Shown here one piece after another: positions 25,204 through 31,220 of a stretch of DNA of 31,220 nt (position 1 is the first letter of the stretch; each line of letters starts with the position of its first letter). The translations under genes were made by a program, and so were the position numbers. Under the pieces are notes generated by a model. It did not search any database. It was not told where the DNA came from and saw nothing but the letters and a program-made list of their open reading frames with translations. This DNA comes from a virus (Duplodnaviria > Caudoviricetes), in IMG/VR virus record IMGVR_UViG_3300023081_000053, positions 1 to 31,220 of that record; one strand, 5' to 3'.

Positions 25204-26223
25204 TTAAAGGACCAGTTTTGATCCCGTTTGCATGATCCAATCGCGGATCGCTTGAGACTGCTTGAGATCTTTGTTGCGGCTCATCGCATCTTTAATCACA
25301 AAAGCAGAGAACTCTTGTTGCGGCAAACGATTGAGGTACTTGATCACATTGCCCACGTTCTTTTCGTTCACGCGGGATGCAACGGCTGCGCAGATCGCGT
25401 AAAGAACAGCGGGGTCAGACGGTACGTCAGCCGCCATTGGTTGGGCGATAAGCTCATCAATGTCTGGCACACTGCTATACATCTTGAGAAAGCCCGTGAA
25501 GTCGGCAGTCGCAGCACGACCAACCTGACCTGCAATGGCCTCAAGTTGATTGAGCGGGTCAAGACCCCATGACATGATCGTTCCAACGCGTTCCCATGAG
25601 CGGGGCGATGGGCATGCATCCGCATCACGATCAAACTTGTGCAAGAACTCAGGACGAAAGCGCAAGAAAGCGCAGACGCGCTCGTCAATACGCTTGCTGT
25701 AGTAATAAGCAATCGTGTCCTCAAGATCCGCTTCGATCTCCAAGAACATCAGTCTGTCCTTGAGATGGGATGGCATGTTGTTGGTTCCAGCACGATCAGA
25801 CATGCGGTTACCTGCGGCAACAAGCACACACTCATCAGGCAGATAATGTGGCCCAATGCGCCGCTCGTTGAACAGTTGTGCGGCAATGTTCATGTTCGCA
25901 GTCGGAGCTTGTGGAAGCTCGTCAACAAACAAAATACATGGACCTTCTGTCGGCATCCAGTCAGGCCGCATACGCACCATCGTATCGCCATCCTTGGCTG
26001 GAACAGGCCACCCGCCAAGCTCACCCGCATCGTACTGGGCGAGCGACAGAATATGGCAGGGAATTTTTCGACGGGCTGCAATGTCTTTCACGGCAGTTGT
26101 CTTACCGATACCCGCACCAGATACCCAGTACGGCACAACGTACTGAGCATCGCGTCCATTTTTCAAACTGAGTGCAAAGTCAATTGCCGCCTCAGTAATC
26201 GCAGTTGCTTGTGATAGTTTCAT
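25204..26223 (-). CDS. MoxR-like AAA+ ATPase
   Basis: Walker A GAGIGKT, Walker B LFVDE, AAGNR..D and PSPRSW motifs. Confidence 0.9.
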   Translation of the reverse strand: MKLSQATAITEAAIDFALSLKNGRDAQYVVPYWVSGAGIGKTTAVKDIAARRKIPCHILSLAQYDAGELGGWPVPAKDGDTMVRMRPDWMPTEGPCILFVDELPQAPTANMNIAAQLFNERRIGPHYLPDECVLVAAGNRMSDRAGTNNMPSHLKDRLMFLEIEADLEDTIAYYYSKRIDERVCAFLRFRPEFLHKFDRDADACPSPRSWERVGTIMSWGLDPLNQLEAIAGQVGRAATADFTGFLKMYSSVPDIDELIAQPMAADVPSDPAVLYAICAAVASRVNEKNVGNVIKYLNRLPQQEFSAFVIKDAMSRNKDLKQSQAIRDWIMQTGSKLVL

Positions 26224-26225
26224 GA

Positions 26226-26459
26226 TCAATCTCCACTCTCTCTTTGTTCGATCACAGATTTAAGATTTTCGATACGCACTGATGCGTTTTCGATTAGCAC
26301 TTTCTCAGAGCGCAGATAGTGCCTCTGATATCTTCTGACTGCAGCCTCGTATTGCTCACGCGCTGCAGCCAGCTTGTCCTTTAGCTCGTCGATGGTATCG
26401 TCTTCGTAAAGGCTGGCGATACGCTGGCGGTATCGCTCAATGTAGTCATCCACTGACAA
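26226..26459 (-). CDS. Hypothetical coiled-coil protein
   Basis: 77 aa, helical, packed in the operon. Confidence 0.65.
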   Translation of the reverse strand: MSVDDYIERYRQRIASLYEDDTIDELKDKLAAAREQYEAAVRRYQRHYLRSEKVLIENASVRIENLKSVIEQRESGD

Positions 26460-26697
26460 TCCTTTCTGGCCTCGCTCTGGGCCTGATGTATGATGAAACG
26501 GTATCTGTCTCGTAGCAGAACATCATGATGTCATCGCCATAAAGACCTCTCAGGTGGTCATAGATGGGGTCAGCAAGACCCCGATCCATAGCTTGCTGGC
26601 AATGCTCTGCACTTGCATAAACGATGCTCATCATAGGCGCTGCGCCGAATTCTGGCATCTCATAATCGATGAAGAGGATCGTAAAGAACGCAATCAT
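26446..26697 (-). CDS. Hypothetical protein
   Basis: TAATG coupling at 26697; Y.S...C and C....VS...RP.ARP pattern. Confidence 0.6.
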   Translation of the reverse strand: MIAFFTILFIDYEMPEFGAAPMMSIVYASAEHCQQAMDRGLADPIYDHLRGLYGDDIMMFCYETDTVSSYIRPRARPERIVSG

Positions 26698-27245
26698 TAC
26701 AGCCCCCAGTTGCTGGCGCACACGGGGCCTATGCCCATCTCAATGGAGACAGGATCCGTAAGCTCGCGTCCGCAACAGGAACACCGTCCAGTGACCTTAC
26801 CATGCTGGACTGCCTCACCCCTTGGGTCAGATGCTACCCGCACTACAGCGTCCGCTGTATCGCCGTGGCATGTGCTTACAGGCATGAACTTGCCCTGCAT
26901 GATCTTGCCTTGGTAGTCAGGCCCACGCTTCACGTACACGGCACCACCGTTGCGGCCCTGCATGGGTGCGAGAGAGAAGGCAAGCTCCGCTGCGCGAAAG
27001 ACTGGCTTCTTGACCTTGGCTGTTTCAAGCAGCGTCTTGATGCGTGACACGTCAACATCGCGGGTCAGTTCCTCGCGGCGCTCAGTTCTGCGCTGAACCT
27101 TGCTGATCATGTTCTCTGCCGCATCCCACTGGCGCTCAGACAGGTTGCCCTTGTTTGTGTACTGCACAAGCAGGGACATTGCGAAGCTGTTCCACTGGCG
27201 CATTTCGCCAAGCTTCAAAAGAATTTCTTCTTCTTCCATTACCAT
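26697..27245 (-). CDS. DUF6011-like zinc-finger protein
   Basis: C-terminal CSCCGRELTDPVSIEMGIGPVC and N-terminal F..SL..Q....G.LS.RQ. Confidence 0.8.
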   Translation of the reverse strand: MVMEEEEILLKLGEMRQWNSFAMSLLVQYTNKGNLSERQWDAAENMISKVQRRTERREELTRDVDVSRIKTLLETAKVKKPVFRAAELAFSLAPMQGRNGGAVYVKRGPDYQGKIMQGKFMPVSTCHGDTADAVVRVASDPRGEAVQHGKVTGRCSCCGRELTDPVSIEMGIGPVCASNWGL

Positions 27246-27529
27246 ATTCTCCCAAGATTACGGATGAACGCATCACCATCGTGATGCTTTTCGACCAACT
27301 CAAACTCTTCACCCTTTGCCTGTAAGGCATTGAGGAAGAGGGCCATGTCGCAGTCCTCTTCGAGGTACAGTGTCGGTACAAACTTGTCAGTCACCTGACC
27401 GTAACTGAACTTGCTGACCTCACACAGTTGAAGCCCTGCGTTCTGCAGGTCACGTAGCGGCACTTCCAGCCAGCCATGACCCGCATCAATGTGATATGTA
27501 TATTTGGTCACTTTTCTTCCTTTCCCCAT
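27239..27529 (-). CDS. Conserved phage/mobile-element hypothetical protein
   Basis: D.GHGWL.VP and YLEEDCD motifs. Confidence 0.75.
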   Translation of the reverse strand: MGKGRKVTKYTYHIDAGHGWLEVPLRDLQNAGLQLCEVSKFSYGQVTDKFVPTLYLEEDCDMALFLNALQAKGEEFELVEKHHDGDAFIRNLGRIW

Positions 27530-27678
27530 ATCAAAACTTTACCGATCACCTTGGACCGTATGTCTGTCCGACCAAGGATCTCAGTGACGAAATATTCTTC
27601 CAAGTCTTCGAAAGACTGGAACTCGTACCGCTCGTAGACTTTTCCCCGTGCGGTGATTTGATCAATCTTGATGTACAT
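27508..27678 (-). CDS. Small hypothetical protein (56 aa)
   Basis: GGAG-N6-ATG at 27678 (MYIKID). Confidence 0.6.
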   Translation of the reverse strand: MYIKIDQITARGKVYERYEFQSFEDLEEYFVTEILGRTDIRSKVIGKVLIWGKEEK

Positions 27679-27745
27679 TTTGCACTCCATAAAAAGTTCA
27701 AATGAACTTTGCGCAGCAGCCCCGCGAGGGGCTACCAACCAAAAC

Positions 27746-27850
27746 TCACCATGCGAACATGAAAAGAAACAGGCCAACGGTGAAGGCCGTGAAGGCGACC
27801 CCAGAGACAAAAGCCTCTAGGATCAACAGGAAGCGTTGGCGTTTGTTCAT
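27746..27850 (-). CDS. Small single-pass membrane protein (34 aa), absent from the ORF track
   Basis: ATGA overlap with the upstream stop; MNKRQRFLLILEAFVSGVAFTAFTVGLFLFMFAW. Confidence 0.6.
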   Translation of the reverse strand: MNKRQRFLLILEAFVSGVAFTAFTVGLFLFMFAW

Positions 27851-28545
27851 GACGCAATACCAAGCTCGTCGAGCATCGCCACAACGGCAGCATCGACAGT
27901 GTCGTTCTCGTTAGCCGCCTCAGCCTCAGCGGCCTTGGCAGCGGCAGTGTCACGGTACGCTTTCCGCGCAGCCATCAACTCCCGCATGACGTTTTGGAAT
28001 TCGTCAAGCTCATCGTCATCAAGGCCATCCTTGAAGACATCGCCCTGCACTTGCTTGCCGTTCTCATCCTTCTTGGTAGAGAACTTGCCGACAACCTGTT
28101 CAGCCAAGCGTTGAGCTTTTGACTTGTCGCTCTCGCCCTTGACCGCTTTTGCAAGCTTGTTCTCGCTATCGATATCCATCGCAGCGAGGTCACGCACAAT
28201 GGCGTCAGCGGTGTATTGGCTGGGGATGTCACCGATCTGGTCAGTGATCAGACGCACGGCACCGACAGAGTTTTCGACGTACCGCTTGACGGTAGCCTCT
28301 TTGAGGCCAGCCTCTTCAAGCAGCGCAGTGCGGAGCGTCTTGGAAACAGCGCGGGGCAGGTTGCCCTTGACCAGTTTGACGTGGGCGATGGTGGCGATTA
28401 CCTCGCCGTAGGCCCCCATCTTCTGGGCGTTAGCAGCCTCGTTGTTGTCGCGGTTCTGGCCCTTGAGGTCAGCAATTGCTGCCTCAGCCTTGAAGACAAC
28501 ATTGATTGAGGCATCGGATACGGTAAAGTTTTTTGAAGCAGTCAT
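27847..28545 (-). CDS. Hypothetical Ala-rich helical protein
   Basis: Likely ATG at 28545 (MTASKN) after AAAGGA; strongly GC-biased codons. Confidence 0.8.
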   Translation of the reverse strand: MTASKNFTVSDASINVVFKAEAAIADLKGQNRDNNEAANAQKMGAYGEVIATIAHVKLVKGNLPRAVSKTLRTALLEEAGLKEATVKRYVENSVGAVRLITDQIGDIPSQYTADAIVRDLAAMDIDSENKLAKAVKGESDKSKAQRLAEQVVGKFSTKKDENGKQVQGDVFKDGLDDDELDEFQNVMRELMAARKAYRDTAAAKAAEAEAANENDTVDAAVVAMLDELGIAS

Positions 28546-28598
28546 CTGTTCATCCTTTTCTGGCTGACTGGTTTCGAGATAGGCATGAAGCCAAAGAT

Positions 28599-28634
28599 GC
28601 AGCCCGTAGGCTGCACTGTTTGGGGTCATGCTGC
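28599..28634 (-). repeat. Gene-end element, copy 2: GCAGCATGACCCCA plus GCAGCC-N4-GGCTGC hairpin
   Basis: The 14-mer is identical to 29191-29204 and is followed by a similar hairpin. Confidence 0.75.
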
Positions 28635-29138
28635 ATGGCCCAGCCAAGCATCGTTGATGCATTCCTCATCAACAATGATTGAAGGCCCCATGTCTTTGAA
28701 AGCGTCCACAAACTTGCTGGACAACTGAACGTAGCCAACAGAGGCGCACATGAAGATCATGGGCTTAGGCGCATCGACAAAGATCAAATCACCCACGGAC
28801 AGGCTGCTACCGCCACCGTGGCGACAAGCAATCTGATTTAGCTCAGTAGGGTAGGGCGCGTTCTCGAACACAAAAATCTTCTCAAGATTTTCTTTGATTT
28901 GTTCAGCGCCATTGTCACCTGCGTCCAGTTCGATCTCATAAGAGGTCTTGTGTCCATAGACCCTGTGTATCAGGCCATACAGGGCTGGAAGCTCAAGGGC
29001 TTTGGCGTCACGGCTGAACAAGCATTGCAGGTCAGCATACGCCCGTGATTGTGGGTGATCGTCCCAGCTACCCTGTGGGGCGTTGAGCATCGCACGGACA
29101 TGGGGTGACATGCGCTTTTTCATAACATGATATTTCAT
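28626..29138 (-). CDS. Hypothetical protein with YodL-like motif
   Basis: SLSVGDLI....F.C...GY motif; GAGGAG RBS. Confidence 0.6.
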   Translation of the reverse strand: MKYHVMKKRMSPHVRAMLNAPQGSWDDHPQSRAYADLQCLFSRDAKALELPALYGLIHRVYGHKTSYEIELDAGDNGAEQIKENLEKIFVFENAPYPTELNQIACRHGGGSSLSVGDLIFVDAPKPMIFMCASVGYVQLSSKFVDAFKDMGPSIIVDEECINDAWLGHAA

Positions 29139-29167
29139 GATTTTCTCCTCTTCATGATACCAACATC

Positions 29168-29204
29168 GCAGCCCCGTGGGGCTGCAAACTTGGGGTCATG
29201 CTGC
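29168..29204 (-). repeat. Gene-end element, copy 1: GCAGCATGACCCCA plus GCAGCCC-N4-GGGCTGC hairpin
   Basis: Same arrangement as 28599-28634. Confidence 0.75.
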
Positions 29205-29498
29205 TTGGGATGGGGGATAGTGCTTGCCAAGGCTGGCAACCTGACCAGCAACCATGCTGACGTGCATGATGTCATCAGGATCGAATTCACCGAAAGCGTT
29301 CTCGTTGTGAAGGAACTCATCGGTCTTGTAGATCCAGATATCACCAGCACAGTTATTGTACTGGTACACCCACTGATGCGCAGTGTTGGTGCTGGCGCGG
29401 ATCAACAACTGAGATTCCCCACCGTCACCAACCAAGGTGATCAGGACTGACACGCCAAAGGGCGTGATTTGTTGAATTTTAGAACGTAGTTCTGCCAT
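29196..29498 (-). CDS. Hypothetical protein
   Basis: 100 aa with GGAGG RBS. Confidence 0.75.
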   Translation of the reverse strand: MAELRSKIQQITPFGVSVLITLVGDGGESQLLIRASTNTAHQWVYQYNNCAGDIWIYKTDEFLHNENAFGEFDPDDIMHVSMVAGQVASLGKHYPPSQAA

Positions 29499-29510
29499 AA
29501 TAGCCTCCGA

Positions 29511-29711
29511 TTAAGAATTGCTGGGGTTTTCGATCATGTGGTCCATTACGTCCCACATGACATTCAAGCGGTTGCTGCCGATCTGAGCGGCATGCTTTGC
29601 GGCAAAGTTTTGAGCCATCTGGTAGTAGCTCTCAGCTTCGTAATCGCGGCCTTCAGACTTGCAGCGTGTATGCATGCGATAAGCAGCGGCGGCGTTTTTC
29701 AAGTGGATCAT
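29511..29711 (-). CDS. Hypothetical protein, first clear gene of the leftward block
   Basis: GAGGAG-N6-ATG at 29711 (MIHLKN). Confidence 0.7.
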   Translation of the reverse strand: MIHLKNAAAAYRMHTRCKSEGRDYEAESYYQMAQNFAAKHAAQIGSNRLNVMWDVMDHMIENPSNS

Positions 29712-30101
29712 TGGAAACTCCTCTGAATGAAACCATGACAACGGCAACCGTAGCTGCCGCTCTCGTATTGTCTCACTCCAACCATCTTTGCGTTCTCTAC
29801 CTGTCGCCGTGGCAAATCTGAAAGGACATCCCTTGTGGAAGGGGATGCTGTTCCAGCGGATCTAGTTCCGATACTGTGCATCAATGGTGCGCCCCGTTTG
29901 GTGGGAAGCCCGATCTTCATGGGGAAAGATGATTGTCGGCGTGTTGCCCGATCATCCGTCCGCTAGGACCGAAGCTCTCTCTACTGCCCGTGCGGGGCTT
30001 TATGTCTTGTCCGCTGAGAGGTGGCGGCGCGGTCCCAAGGACCTTGTCGGGGTTAGGGCGAGGGGGCAAAAGAGGCCGCGTCGGCCCGTCCGACACCCCT
30101 T

Positions 30102-30153
30102 TACCTAATGACCTGATGTTACCCTGTCAACCCCTATGTTACCTGATATTACC
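30102..30153 (-). promoter_or_regulatory. Leftward promoter with overlapping direct repeats
   Basis: TTGACA (30130-30125)-N17-TAGGTA (30107-30102); ACCTGATRTTACC at 30111-30123 and 30141-30153. Confidence 0.6.
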
Positions 30154-30325
30154 AGTGTGACACAGAAACACCAATAAAACATGACAAAAAAAGTTTGGGG
30201 GTGTATGCTGCAAATTAGTTCAATTGCACTTTTCTGGGGATCGCTTGGACCAGATCACAGTGCCAAATCAGGGGTGATTCGCTGGACCGAAAACCCCGAA
30301 AGCCAAGCGCAGCGTCGAGGACCAG

Positions 30326-30835
30326 ATGAAACACAAGGACAAGCCAAAGCTCACAGTAGTGAGTAATACAGGTAAGAAGAGTACAGGCACTAGGAAGAAA
30401 AGTGCCACCAATACCAGAGGGCTTACAGACAAACAGGAAGCCTTCGCTCAGGCCATCTTTGAGGGGGCAAACTTTAGTGATGCGTATCGGAAGTCGTATG
30501 ATGCAGCAAACATGAGTAATGCAAGCATACACAATGAGGCTTGCCTGTTGGTCCAGAACCCCAAGGTGTCCATGAGATTAGAGCAGCTAAATGCTGAAAG
30601 AGAGCAGCAGCGGCGCATGCAGAGCCTCTCAAGAGGTGACTTTGTTTTGAAACAGCTAACAGATGAGGCACTGAACCCTGACAATTCTGATGGGGCGAGG
30701 GTCCGCGCACTGGAACTGCTTGGGAAGAGCGTGGCGCTGTTCACGGACAAGGTGGAGACGGAAGACAAGACAGAGCGTGACGCGGAAAGCATCAAGGCTG
30801 AACTGCAAGCCAAGCTGGATCGCCTGTTGGGATAA
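30326..30835 (+). CDS. terS: Terminase small subunit
   Basis: LTDKQEAF.....G....DAYR..Y HTH, A..L..NPKV and ARVRALELLGK motifs. Confidence 0.85.
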   Translation: MKHKDKPKLTVVSNTGKKSTGTRKKSATNTRGLTDKQEAFAQAIFEGANFSDAYRKSYDAANMSNASIHNEACLLVQNPKVSMRLEQLNAEREQQRRMQSLSRGDFVLKQLTDEALNPDNSDGARVRALELLGKSVALFTDKVETEDKTERDAESIKAELQAKLDRLLG

Positions 30836-31220
30836 GTTCAATTGCACTTCTGCGCCCCGCATCGCAGTCAGTGCAGCGGCTCAGGGGTGGGCCTTCCGAA
30901 TTCAGACGGAACGCGACACCCCACCCACCCCCATCCCCCCCTTGCTCGCTCGTCGCATGGACACGCGTATACATGATGTTCCACACAAACGATTACATAC
31001 TGCTAGGAATCCTATACCCCCCCCTATAATTATATAGAAAAGTTCAAAGATTTAGAAAACAGAAACCTCTACCCACCATGACATATGCCTCTTTACCCTA
31101 TTGACCCTATTGACTCTGTTGACATATCTAAAATTGGTCTATGCTTGCTGTATCGTCTACTGAAGTAAGCCACTAGCGTACTGTCTGAGCAAGCAATCTT
31201 TATATTTGTATGTCTACGAT

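Noticed and set aside
24349-26214. Long + strand ORFs (198 aa and 191 aa) opposite the VWA and MoxR genes
   Set aside because: Typical codon-aligned antisense shadows in GC-rich coding DNA.
1-31220. tRNA, rRNA, integrase, transposase or reverse transcriptase genes
   Set aside because: None recognisable by eye; a tRNAscan/Rfam run would be needed to exclude RNA genes.

Overview
This window is a segment of a tailed dsDNA bacteriophage genome; an alphaproteobacterial host is plausible from promoter style but is inference only. From left to right: (1) 1-14401, a + strand block of virion/ejection genes ending in a 2981-aa large polyvalent protein; (2) 14405-19886, a - strand block of regulators and recombination genes (AlpA-like, XRE, HNH-like, GNAT, ParB-like, SSB-like, Sak, Cas4-like exonuclease); (3) 19959-22413, + strand RusA and Toprim primase-helicase, closed by back-to-back terminators; (4) 22592-29711, a - strand early-type block with a MoxR ATPase/VWA-metallopeptidase pair and small genes; (5) 30326-30835, terminase small subunit. 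Three signals stand out. First, in the giant protein an HExxH metallopeptidase is followed by four effector-like domains, each bracketed by a recurring [RK][QF]SRL motif, suggesting a self-processed polyprotein. Second, a complete 71-aa gene with its own promoter and Shine-Dalgarno is nested antisense inside that protein directly behind the RelA/SpoT-like domain, a candidate hidden antitoxin. Third, a 14-bp palindrome (AGTTCAATTGAACT) recurs about ten times across the window. All family assignments come from recognising motifs by eye; no searches were run.
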